From assembly GCA_049322915.1 (NCBI GenBank), contig JBMOPW010000036.1:96001-160000 (forward strand): a DNA stretch of 64,000 nucleotides, read 5' to 3'. Position 1 is the stretch's first letter, and each line of letters opens with the position of its first letter. The notes under the pieces were generated by a model. The model worked only from the letters and a program-made list of their open reading frames with translations, was not told the origin of the DNA and did not search any database. Made by a program: the position numbers and the translations under genes. Origin of the DNA: Candidatus Zhuqueibacterota bacterium (GTDB taxonomy: Bacteria; Zhuqueibacterota; Zhuqueibacteria; Thermofontimicrobiales; Thermofontimicrobiaceae). Below are positions 1 through 8,553 of this stretch, in pieces.

Positions 1-249
1 GGTGTCATTCTTTTTAAACAAAACGAAGAAGATGCATTTTTAAAATTTATTTGCGATACTTTGCCTAAAATCAATCTCCTTACCCTTCCAAAAGATAAAT
101 ACGATAAATTAATTGACATAAAGATAAGATGCGGCCTGGACTTTGATGACTCTTACCAGTATTATATCTGCAAGCATTATGATTTGAAACTAATTACAAT
201 GGATCAGGATTTCAGGCATATAAACGACATAGAAATTGAATTTTTATAG
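1..249 (+). CDS. PIN-domain (VapC-like) ribonuclease, 3' part; gene starts before the window
   Basis: Frame is open from base 1; the C-terminus LDFDDSYQY...LKLITMDQDF matches the PIN acidic motifs (D..D and T.D.DF). Confidence 0.75.
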   Translation, partial: GVILFKQNEEDAFLKFICDTLPKINLLTLPKDKYDKLIDIKIRCGLDFDDSYQYYICKHYDLKLITMDQDFRHINDIEIEFL

Positions 250-408
250 TTAAGCGGAATATTCAAGTATTTGTATAAGATATCTTTATGTAACCATACA
301 TTGAACTGACCGAACCACTGCGGTTTTCTCATATTTTGCCTGGAAATTTCAAAGAATTTGGTTTCTTAATTTTAAATTATTCGGTTCGGCAGTTCATGCT
401 GTCGTTCG

Positions 409-636
409 GTGATCGCTTCTTTCTTAGTGCTCACCGCCATTCCCGGCATCATTGGCGGCATTGGATTGCTGAAGCGAAAGAGCTGGGCGCGCATTCTCAT
501 CCTCATCGTTGCAGCGATCGATTTATTGGATTTTCCCCTGGGGACAGCGCTGAGCGTGTATTCATTCTGGGTGTTGTTGCAGGATGAATCGGCAAAAATA
601 TTTTCAGCCGAAAATCAAAAAACAGTGATTGTGTAG
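409..636 (+). CDS. Small membrane protein, possibly a 5'-truncated remnant
   Basis: Hydrophobic segments IPGIIGGIGLLKRKSWARILILIV...FPLGTALSVYSFWVLL; GTG start without a clear RBS. Confidence 0.55.
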   Translation: MIASFLVLTAIPGIIGGIGLLKRKSWARILILIVAAIDLLDFPLGTALSVYSFWVLLQDESAKIFSAENQKTVIV

Positions 637-666
637 CAGACTCATTTTAACACGTCGAGGTAGGTT

Positions 667-1566
667 TTGGAATCATTAAAAATTCTTGTGATTGATGACG
701 AACCGGGCCTGCGCGAAGGCTGCCGGCGCATCTGCGAAGCAGAGGGATTTCAGGTCATGGTTGCGCAAAATGGTCGCGCCGGTTTGGATATTGCAGAGAC
801 GAATAAAATCGATTGTGCGCTGATCGACCTGAAATTGCCGGACATGGATGGCCTGGACGTGCTGCGCACCATTCGGAGCGTTCATCCCGAAATACTCGCC
901 ATTATTATCACCGGCCACGGCTCCATCGAAATCGCCGTGGAGGCCATCAAATTGGGCGCATACGATTTTCTGTCCAAGCCATTCACGCCGGATCAACTGA
1001 TGAAAATTGTCAACAAAGGCCTGAGCGAAAAAAAGGAGCGTCAGGAAGGGCTGGCATTGAAACAGGACCGTCGCGAACGCGCCGTGGACGATTTGAACAG
1101 CATGACCCTTGTCGATGAAATTATGGCGCGTTACAACTACCGCAATTCCGCGCTCATTGCCATGCTTCAGGATATTCAGAAACAGTTCAATTACCTGCCC
1201 CAAAACTTGCTTCGATATGTTGCGCTGAGGTTAAATGTCCCACTGCCTCGCGTTTACAGTATTTCCACGTTTTACAAAGCGTTCAGTCTCAAGCCCCGGG
1301 GACGCCATCTCATCGACGTCTGTCTGGGAACAGCGTGCCACGTGCGCGGCGGCATGAATATCATGGAACGATTGGAGCGGGAACTGGGCATTAAAAATGG
1401 CGAGACCACCTACGATGAAAAATTCTCGGTGAAATCGGTGCGCTGCGTGGGCTGCTGCGGACTGGCCCCGGTCATTGTCATTGACGAAGAATTTCATGGC
1501 AAACTGAACCAGGAGCAGATTCCCAAGATACTTGCCAGGTATCAGACGGATTCCTCCACCCCATAA
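667..1566 (+). CDS. Response-regulator receiver domain fused to a NuoE/HydC-like [2Fe-2S] subunit
   Basis: N-terminus ILVIDDE...DLKLP...ITG...KPF (receiver); C-terminus TFY...VCLGTACHVRG...CVGCCGLAPV (NuoE thioredoxin-like 2Fe-2S). Confidence 0.9.
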   Translation: MESLKILVIDDEPGLREGCRRICEAEGFQVMVAQNGRAGLDIAETNKIDCALIDLKLPDMDGLDVLRTIRSVHPEILAIIITGHGSIEIAVEAIKLGAYDFLSKPFTPDQLMKIVNKGLSEKKERQEGLALKQDRRERAVDDLNSMTLVDEIMARYNYRNSALIAMLQDIQKQFNYLPQNLLRYVALRLNVPLPRVYSISTFYKAFSLKPRGRHLIDVCLGTACHVRGGMNIMERLERELGIKNGETTYDEKFSVKSVRCVGCCGLAPVIVIDEEFHGKLNQEQIPKILARYQTDSSTP

Positions 1567-1854
1567 TCTGTGGATTTCCATGGCCTTGTTCACTTCGACA
1601 GGATGTTTCGAATGGACCAGGACAGTCCGTGAGACGGCGCGTCACCACTGGAATCCACCTGAGGCGCTTTTTCCGAGAATTCATTTTTATATCTTATCCC
1701 GAAAACAGGCGTATCGCCCGAGTCTGAACAGGTGGGCCAGGATTCAAGGCCGATAGTGGGGCGAATTCTCCGGTGGCGAATTCATAACGAAGCATAAATG
1801 ACGTTGTCAATTTAGAATACAGGTGTTACAACAGAATAAAGAAGGGATGTCACC

Positions 1855-3663
1855 TTGAAGCAATACAGAACTCATTGCCTGGTCTGCGCAGGTACCGGGT
1901 GCGTATCGAATCACGCCTTTGATATCAAAGAAGCCCTGGAAAAGGAATTGGTTCGTCAGGGATTGGAGAATGAAGTTGCTGTAATAACCACCGGCTGCAA
2001 TGGATTCTGCGAGCGGGGTCCGGTGATGGTGGTTCAGCCTGACAATATTTTTTATCAGGAATTGAAAGTAAAAGATATTCCTTTCCTTGTGGAAGAGCAT
2101 TTTGTGAAAGGTCGGCCGGTGCAGAAATTGATGTACACCCCGCCGGCTGAGAAGACGCCCATTCCCATCATGAGCGATATCGATTTTTTCAAGCACCAGT
2201 TGCTTGTGGTGCTCCGCAATCGCGGCCGAATCGACCCGGAAGTTATTGAAGAATACATTGCCTACGACGGCTATCAGGCATTAGCCAAAGCGCTCACCGA
2301 AATGACGCCCCAGCAGATCATCGATGACGTCAAATTATCCGGACTGCGCGGTCGCGGCGGCGCCGGTTTTCCCACCGGCGTGAAATGGGAATTCTGCAAG
2401 AAAGCGCAGGGCGAGCCCAAGTACATCATCTGCAACGCCGACGAAGGCGATCCCGGCGCGTTCATGGATCGCAGCGTGCTCGAGGCGGATCCCCATGCCG
2501 TGCTGGAAGGAATGGTGATCGGCGCCAGGGCCATCGGCGCGTCCGAAGGATTCATTTATGTGCGCGACGAATATCCACTGGCGCTGCGCCGAATTCATAT
2601 TGCCATTGAAAAGGCCACGGAGATGGGGCTTTTGGGCGATGATATTCTGGGAAGCGGATTCAATTTTAAGTTGAACGTGGTGCGCGGCGGCGGCGCGTTC
2701 GTCTGTGGCGAGGAGACCGCGCTCATCGCGTCCATCGAAGGCGATGTGGGACGTCCCCGGCCGAGGCCGCCGTACCCGGCAGAGAAAGGCCTCTGGGGCA
2801 AACCCACCAACAACAATAACGTTGAAACCTGGGCCAATGTGCCGCAAATTATACTTCGTGGCGGACAGTGGTTCGCCAGCATGGGCACCGAAAAGAGCAA
2901 GGGCACCAAAGTGTTCTCATTGGTGGGGAAGGTCAACAACACCGGCCTGGTCGAAGTGCCCATGGGCACCTCGCTCAAGACGATTGTTTTTGATATTGGC
3001 GGCGGTATTCCCAAAGGAAAGAAATTCAAAGCCGTTCAAAGCGGCGGTCCGTCCGGGGGATGCGTGCCGGAATCGCTCATCAATCTGCCCGTGGATTATG
3101 AAAAACTCACCGAAGCCGGCGCTATCATGGGTTCCGGCGGATTGATTGTGATGGACGAGGATACGTGCATGGTGGACGTGGCCAAATATTTTGTGGAGTT
3201 TCTGGAAGAGGAATCGTGCGGAAAATGCACGCCGTGCCGCGAGGGACTGAAGCGGTTGAAAGAGGTGTTATTGGCAATTACGCAAGGCAAGGGCGAGCCG
3301 TATCACCTGGACATTCTGGAAGACCTGGCCAATACGATGAAGGAGACTTCGCTGTGCCAGTTAGGCGCTACAGCGCCGAACCCGGTATTGACGACGCTCA
3401 GGTATTTTCGCGAAGAATACGAGGAGCATATTTACAAGAAAAAATGCCGCGCGCGGGTGTGTAAAGACCTGATCATTTACCGCATCGTTGCGGAGAAATG
3501 CACCGGTTGCCAGCGTTGCGTCAAAGCCTGTCCGACCGGGGCGATCTCCGGGCCGCGCGCTCAGCCGCACAATTTGAATGTGGAGAAATGCATCAAATGC
3601 GGCGCCTGTTACGAAGTGTGTAAATTCGACGCCATCGCCGGCGACGCCATTTATATTGAATAA
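1855..3663 (+). CDS. nuoF: NuoF/HydB-like NAD(H)-binding FMN subunit with N-terminal 2Fe-2S and C-terminal 2x[4Fe-4S]
   Basis: GLRGRGGAGFPTG, CNADEGDPGAFMDR, GAFVCGEETAL, ESCGKCTPCREG and two CxxCxxCxxxC ferredoxin motifs. Confidence 0.95.
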   Translation: MKQYRTHCLVCAGTGCVSNHAFDIKEALEKELVRQGLENEVAVITTGCNGFCERGPVMVVQPDNIFYQELKVKDIPFLVEEHFVKGRPVQKLMYTPPAEKTPIPIMSDIDFFKHQLLVVLRNRGRIDPEVIEEYIAYDGYQALAKALTEMTPQQIIDDVKLSGLRGRGGAGFPTGVKWEFCKKAQGEPKYIICNADEGDPGAFMDRSVLEADPHAVLEGMVIGARAIGASEGFIYVRDEYPLALRRIHIAIEKATEMGLLGDDILGSGFNFKLNVVRGGGAFVCGEETALIASIEGDVGRPRPRPPYPAEKGLWGKPTNNNNVETWANVPQIILRGGQWFASMGTEKSKGTKVFSLVGKVNNTGLVEVPMGTSLKTIVFDIGGGIPKGKKFKAVQSGGPSGGCVPESLINLPVDYEKLTEAGAIMGSGGLIVMDEDTCMVDVAKYFVEFLEEESCGKCTPCREGLKRLKEVLLAITQGKGEPYHLDILEDLANTMKETSLCQLGATAPNPVLTTLRYFREEYEEHIYKKKCRARVCKDLIIYRIVAEKCTGCQRCVKACPTGAISGPRAQPHNLNVEKCIKCGACYEVCKFDAIAGDAIYIE

Positions 3664-3667
3664 AGGA

Positions 3668-4306
3668 ATGACCATGATTTCGATCATCATAAACGACCAG
3701 AAATTCGAAGTGCCGGAGAATCTCACGGTGTTGGAAGCAGCGCGCGAACATAACATTCATGTGCCCACCCTGTGTTACCACGAAGCGATTCTGCCGGTGG
3801 GGGCGTGCCGATTGTGCATTGTTGAAGTCGAGCAAAATGGCCGAACGCGTACCGCAGCCTCATGCGTGACGCCGGTGGCGGACAATATGATTGTGCGAAC
3901 CAATACGGAAAAAATTATCCGCATGCGCCGCGTGCTGGTGGAACTGCTGCTGGCGCGATGCCCGAACCTGCCGGTGCTGCAGAATCTGGCCAAGGAAGTG
4001 GGGCTGAAAACGGTGCGCTTCAAAAAGGAAGCCGAAGACTGTTTTCTGTGCGGCCTCTGCGTGCGGGCGTGCAGCGAAATTGTCGGAGTCAATGCCATTG
4101 GTTTCGGCGATCGCGGCGTGAACAACAAGATCGAGCCGCCGTTTTTGAAAGCATCCAGCGCCTGCATCAGTTGCGGAACCTGCACCACCATCTGTCCGGC
4201 CGGCACGTTCCATCTGGAGCGCGTGGATCGGCTGACCAGCCTGCACCACTTCGCCGAAGACTATCGCGCCGAGAAGTGCCGCATCTGCGGAGAACATTTC
4301 ATGTAA
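3668..4306 (+). CDS. NuoG/HydA N-terminal-like Fe-S subunit lacking a catalytic domain
   Basis: PTLCYH...GACRLCIVE...ASC (2Fe-2S), CFLCGLCVRAC and CISCGTCTTICP; ATG at 3668 follows AAAGGA directly after the nuoF stop, so the ORF-track start at 3578 is too early. Confidence 0.88.
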   Translation: MTMISIIINDQKFEVPENLTVLEAAREHNIHVPTLCYHEAILPVGACRLCIVEVEQNGRTRTAASCVTPVADNMIVRTNTEKIIRMRRVLVELLLARCPNLPVLQNLAKEVGLKTVRFKKEAEDCFLCGLCVRACSEIVGVNAIGFGDRGVNNKIEPPFLKASSACISCGTCTTICPAGTFHLERVDRLTSLHHFAEDYRAEKCRICGEHFM

Positions 4307-4480
4307 GAGATTTGGGCTCATGGAGTACGAGGAAGGGCACGAAAAAAAATGGGTAGGATTCTAAGGCAATTTGTAAAGCGCGATCCGTGTCATCCGCGTT
4401 CTCTGACACTTTTGAATCATTGATCATAATAATCTTTATCCCGCATATTCCGCGGGCCAAATAATATAAGGAGAATCTCA

Positions 4481-6136
4481 GTGCAAGGCGACAATCGAAT
4501 CGGAATATTTTTGTGCCAATGTGGTGGACTCGTAGCCGATGTTCTTTCACTGCCCCGAATTGAAAAAGCGGTGAAAAAACTGCCCGGAGTGTCGCACACA
4601 GCGATTCACAATTATCCCTGCTCCAAAACCGGATTGAGCGCCATTCGCTCGGAAATTCAGACGAGAAACCTGAACCGCGTCGTCATTGCCGGCTGCTCGC
4701 CGCGAATGATGGCATCGTTTTTTGAGAATGCCCTTTCTGAGGTCGGGATAAATTCCCAGTTGATTGACATTGTCAATATTCGCGATTTCAGCGCTGCGGT
4801 GCACCGGAAAGAGAAAAGCCTGGCAACGACGAAGGCCATTGGAATGGTCCGGGCGGCAGCAGCCAGACTCGCGGTGAAGCAGCCATTGCCCCGGCTGTCC
4901 CAGAAAGTGAATCCTGTCGTGGCCGTGATTGGCGGCGGAATTGCTGGCATCAGCGCAGCGCTGAGCCTGGCCCATCAGGGCGTCACGGTGAAACTGCTGG
5001 AAAAATCCGACGCGCTGGGTGGGTTTCTCAATTACATCAATATCCTTTACCCGCGTGAAATTCTGGCCCGGGAATTTTTGCAAGAGAAATTGGAGCAGAT
5101 AAAACAGAACCCGAATATCGAAGTGATCACTGGCGCGGAGATTCAGGAGGTCGCCGGTTCGGTGGGTAACTATCGTATCGGAGTGTCGAAGCAGGGCGAG
5201 CGGACTGCCATCGACGCCGGGGCGATTGTCCTCGCTACAGGATCGCACTATTTTTATCCCAACGGACTTTATGAATATGGGGCTGACGAGCGCGTCATCA
5301 CGCAGTTGGAATTTGAACAGCAGATGAGCCGGGACGCCGTGACTGCCAGGGACCTGGTGTTCATCCAATGCGTGGGTTCCCGCAATGAGCAGCGGCCGTA
5401 TTGCTCCCGATTTTGCTGCCCGGAGACTTTCAAGAATGTGTTGCATTTGAAGCGAAAAACTCCGGGACTCAACGTGACGGTGATTTTCCGCGGTCTCACC
5501 GAATATATTCGGGAATACGACGAGGCAGTGGAGCGCGGTGTGCAATTCATTCGCTACGCTCCGGCCAATCCGCCTCAGGTGCGAAATGGCCACGTGACTG
5601 TGAAAGACGAGAAGACCGAACGTGAGTTCGAAGTCCCATTTGATTTGCTGATTCTGGCCACGCCGCAAATTCCGCACGAGAATGCAACATCATGGGCGAA
5701 GAAATTCCACCTGCCGGTGGACGCGTACGGCTTTATCGTGGAGCCGCACACGAAATTGCGTCCGCGGAAATTCGCTCCGGAAGGCGTGTTCGTTGCCGGT
5801 AACGTGCACTGGCCGGGCATGGTCGGCGATGCTATTGCCCAGGGCTACAGCGCCGCGGCGCGCGCATTCACGCTTGTCCGGCAGCAGGTTGTGGAACGCG
5901 AGCCGGTGATCGCCCGCATCGATGAAAAGACCTGCCGTGGTTGCGAGCGCTGCGTTCAGGAGTGCCCGTTTCAGGCCATCACCCTGGTGAGCGACGGGGA
6001 CGGCTTCCAGCACGCTGTGATCGATGAATTCATCTGTAAAGGCTGCGGCATGTGCGCCGTGGTCTGCATCTGCGGCGCCGCCACGGTGCTGCATCTTTCG
6101 GATGCGCAGTTGCAGGGAGCGGCGGTGTTGGGATGA
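4481..6136 (+). CDS. hdrA: Heterodisulfide reductase subunit A-like flavoprotein (HdrA)
   Basis: [24 protein letters not shown] (FAD), FIQCVGSR...YCSRFCC, C-terminal ferredoxin motifs. Confidence 0.92.
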   Translation: MQGDNRIGIFLCQCGGLVADVLSLPRIEKAVKKLPGVSHTAIHNYPCSKTGLSAIRSEIQTRNLNRVVIAGCSPRMMASFFENALSEVGINSQLIDIVNIRDFSAAVHRKEKSLATTKAIGMVRAAAARLAVKQPLPRLSQKVNPVVAVIGGGIAGISAALSLAHQGVTVKLLEKSDALGGFLNYINILYPREILAREFLQEKLEQIKQNPNIEVITGAEIQEVAGSVGNYRIGVSKQGERTAIDAGAIVLATGSHYFYPNGLYEYGADERVITQLEFEQQMSRDAVTARDLVFIQCVGSRNEQRPYCSRFCCPETFKNVLHLKRKTPGLNVTVIFRGLTEYIREYDEAVERGVQFIRYAPANPPQVRNGHVTVKDEKTEREFEVPFDLLILATPQIPHENATSWAKKFHLPVDAYGFIVEPHTKLRPRKFAPEGVFVAGNVHWPGMVGDAIAQGYSAAARAFTLVRQQVVEREPVIARIDEKTCRGCERCVQECPFQAITLVSDGDGFQHAVIDEFICKGCGMCAVVCICGAATVLHLSDAQLQGAAVLG

Positions 6137-6140
6137 GGGT

Positions 6141-6210
6141 AATTCTCAATTGACAATTCACCGTTACCAATTGTCAATTGTGAACGATGAATTGTGAATG
6201 GTGAATTGCA
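6141..6210. repeat. Ten degenerate 7-bp tandem units (consensus AATTGTN) with an internal inverted repeat
   Basis: aattctc aattgac aattcac cgttacc aattgtc aattgtg aacgatg aattgtg aatggtg aattgca; caattgacaatt pairs with aattgtcaattg. Confidence 0.75.
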
Positions 6211-6291
6211 TGGGATTTGCGTTTGTAGCAATGACAAAATAAACGTATCGATGAATAGAAAATAGGAAGTCGCCAATCACGGAACCCTATC

Positions 6292-6441
6292 ATGCCACAA
6301 TTGAAACCGAATATTATTTTCTGGTGTCGCGATTGGAATTTTTCCATCAGGGCGGAATATTTTGGGTTACATGGCCTCCTGTCCATCGTTGACTTAAAGG
6401 GGATACACTTCATCTCATCAACTCCTATTGAAGGAAGCTGA
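6292..6441 (+). pseudogene. Degenerate duplicate of the 5' end of mvhD
   Basis: MPQLKPNIIFWCRDWNFSIRAE versus MPQFKPTIIFYCCEWNPYIGAD at 6795; upstream ggaacc(c/a)atcatgccacaa context is shared. Confidence 0.75.
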
Positions 6442-6443
6442 GT

Positions 6444-6725
6444 ATGAACCGGGAGAAACTTTTACTTATAATTTCGATTTGTCTTTGTCTGATCGTGATG
6501 CTGTTTACATTTCTCGACTTTCTCTGTTTGCATGATATCTACAAAGATTACGTGAGTAAATTTGTGATCAAAGATGTAAAAGCCGACTTGCTCAATGAAT
6601 TACCTGCCTGGACGAACACAGCCGGAGAATGGATGCTGGTAAAAATGAGTTATCTGATTCGCGTCATTTTCCTTGTTTTCAATATTGTTACGTTGTCATA
6701 CTGCATTCGATTAATAAAAAAATAG
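6444..6725 (+). CDS. Small two-TM hypothetical membrane protein (AT-rich insert)
   Basis: 93-aa ORF with N- and C-terminal hydrophobic helices; GGAAG upstream. Confidence 0.7.
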   Translation: MNREKLLLIISICLCLIVMLFTFLDFLCLHDIYKDYVSKFVIKDVKADLLNELPAWTNTAGEWMLVKMSYLIRVIFLVFNIVTLSYCIRLIKK

Positions 6726-6794
6726 TCTGTTCATGAGACTGAAATTGGCTGCATGAATTGAACAAAAAGTCATTATTTATTATGGAACCCAATC

Positions 6795-7211
6795 ATGCCA
6801 CAATTTAAACCCACAATTATTTTCTACTGTTGCGAATGGAATCCCTACATTGGCGCGGACAATGCCGGTGCCCAGGGTATTCAGTACCCGGCCACTATCC
6901 GCATCATCCCGGTGAACTGCACCGGCCGCATTACGCCGAAATTGATTTTGAACGCATTCGAGCGAGGCGCAGATGGCGTGCTCATCGGCGCGTGCGGCAA
7001 GGGCGAATGCCATTACATTTCCGGCAATGAAACCTGTCTGGCCGTGGTGAAGGAGACAGCGGAACTGCTCATGCTTTCCGGCATCGATTCCCGCCGGCTG
7101 GAAATGGAACTGTTCACCAATCTCAGCGGCGAATACTTCGTCTCGGTCGTCACCGGGTTCTCGGACAGGATCGCCCGGCTTGGACCTCTGGCAGAAAAGG
7201 AGGCCGCATGA
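6795..7211 (+). CDS. mvhD: MvhD/FlxD-like [2Fe-2S] subunit
   Basis: FYCCEWN..GAD.AG...YP, NCTGR, GADGVLIGAC...ECHY. Confidence 0.9.
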   Translation: MPQFKPTIIFYCCEWNPYIGADNAGAQGIQYPATIRIIPVNCTGRITPKLILNAFERGADGVLIGACGKGECHYISGNETCLAVVKETAELLMLSGIDSRRLEMELFTNLSGEYFVSVVTGFSDRIARLGPLAEKEAA

Positions 7212-8341
7212 AATTAGACGCGATCATCCAGGAGACCAATGCCCATTTCTGTCTCGAGTGCGGGATTTGTACCGGCAGTTGCCCTGTTTCGCGGATCAAT
7301 CCCGGCTACTCGCCGCGGCTGTTCGTGGAGAAATCTCTGCTCATTTCCGAGGATGAGTTAATTGAGGACAGCGATTTGTGGACCTGCCTCACCTGCGGCG
7401 CGTGCAGCGCGCGGTGCCCCTCGCGAGTCGATTACAACGAGTTCATGCGGCGCACCCGAAGTCTGGCCATCGACGTCGACAATCGCGGAATTTGCACCCA
7501 CGCCGGCACGATTCAGGCCATCGCATCGCTGCAGAAACAGGATTTCGTGACAAAGGATCTGAGTTGGATTCCTTCTGAAATGAAAACTCAAGAGAGCGGC
7601 GAAACGCTGCTTTTTGTCGGATGCACGCCTTACTACGAGGTGATTTTCAGGGATATAAATGCCGGCAGCCTGACGCCGGTCGTCTCGGCCATTAAAATTC
7701 TGAACGCGGTGGGCGTCGCGCCGGTCATCCGCTCCGACGAGCGCTGTTGCGGCCATGACGCCTACTGGACCGGAGAAATTGAAAAATTCAAAATCCTGGC
7801 GCAGAAGAACATCGACATGGTTAAAAAGGCCGGGGCGAAACGGGTTATTTTCACGTGCGCTGAAGGTTTCAGCACGTTCAAAACCCTCTATCCCAGATTT
7901 TTCAGCGAACTGAATTTCGAGGTGCTCCATATCTCGCAGTTCATCGCCGAGAAAATCGCCTCCGGCGAATTGAAACTCAGGGAGAATGGCCACAAGGTCA
8001 CCTATCACGACCCTTGCCGGCTGGGTCGATTCGAAAGCGAATTCGACGCGCCGAGAAACGCGCTGCTGGCCATCCCCAAATTGGAATTGGTGGAGATGTC
8101 GAGAAACCGTGAAAATGCCCTGTGCTGCGGTTCCAGCACGTGGATCAACTGCACCCGGATTAATAAAAGAATACAGGTGGAAAAATTGAAAGAGGCGCAG
8201 GCCACCGGTGCGACAACCCTGGTCACGGCCTGCCCCAAATGCAAAATTCATTTGAGCTGCACGAAACATGATAATGGATTTGATGTCAATATAGAAATCA
8301 AGGACCTGGCTACGCTGGTGGCTGAAAATTTACAGGCCTAA
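7208..8341 (+). CDS. HdrD-like Fe-S oxidoreductase (2x[4Fe-4S] plus two CCG domains)
   Basis: CLECGICTGSCP, CLTCGACSARCP, ERCCG, TYHDPCRLGR, LCCGS, TACPKC; overlaps the mvhD stop (ATGA). Confidence 0.9.
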   Translation: MKLDAIIQETNAHFCLECGICTGSCPVSRINPGYSPRLFVEKSLLISEDELIEDSDLWTCLTCGACSARCPSRVDYNEFMRRTRSLAIDVDNRGICTHAGTIQAIASLQKQDFVTKDLSWIPSEMKTQESGETLLFVGCTPYYEVIFRDINAGSLTPVVSAIKILNAVGVAPVIRSDERCCGHDAYWTGEIEKFKILAQKNIDMVKKAGAKRVIFTCAEGFSTFKTLYPRFFSELNFEVLHISQFIAEKIASGELKLRENGHKVTYHDPCRLGRFESEFDAPRNALLAIPKLELVEMSRNRENALCCGSSTWINCTRINKRIQVEKLKEAQATGATTLVTACPKCKIHLSCTKHDNGFDVNIEIKDLATLVAENLQA

Positions 8342-8400
8342 GTACAGCGTTTCACAAATCGATGTAGGGTTTCAATGATGAAAATGAGTTTTCATTGATC

Positions 8401-8471
8401 GTCATTCCCGCATTTTTTTTGGCGGGAATCCAGTGGATGCCCGATATCCTCCAAATGCTGGACGGGCATGA
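8401..8471. repeat. REP-like double-hairpin palindromic element
   Basis: gtcattcccgc...gcgggaatccag followed by atgcccg...cgggcatga. Confidence 0.55.
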
Positions 8472-8553
8472 TGGATGAACCCACCAAAAATTTATGAAAT
8501 GGTATACTAAGTGGACTATTTTACTCGATAGTATATAATTTTGAATATGGAAA

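Noticed and set aside
6141..6210. CRISPR array
   Set aside because: Units are 7 bp with no spacers; no cas genes or repeat-spacer structure anywhere in the window
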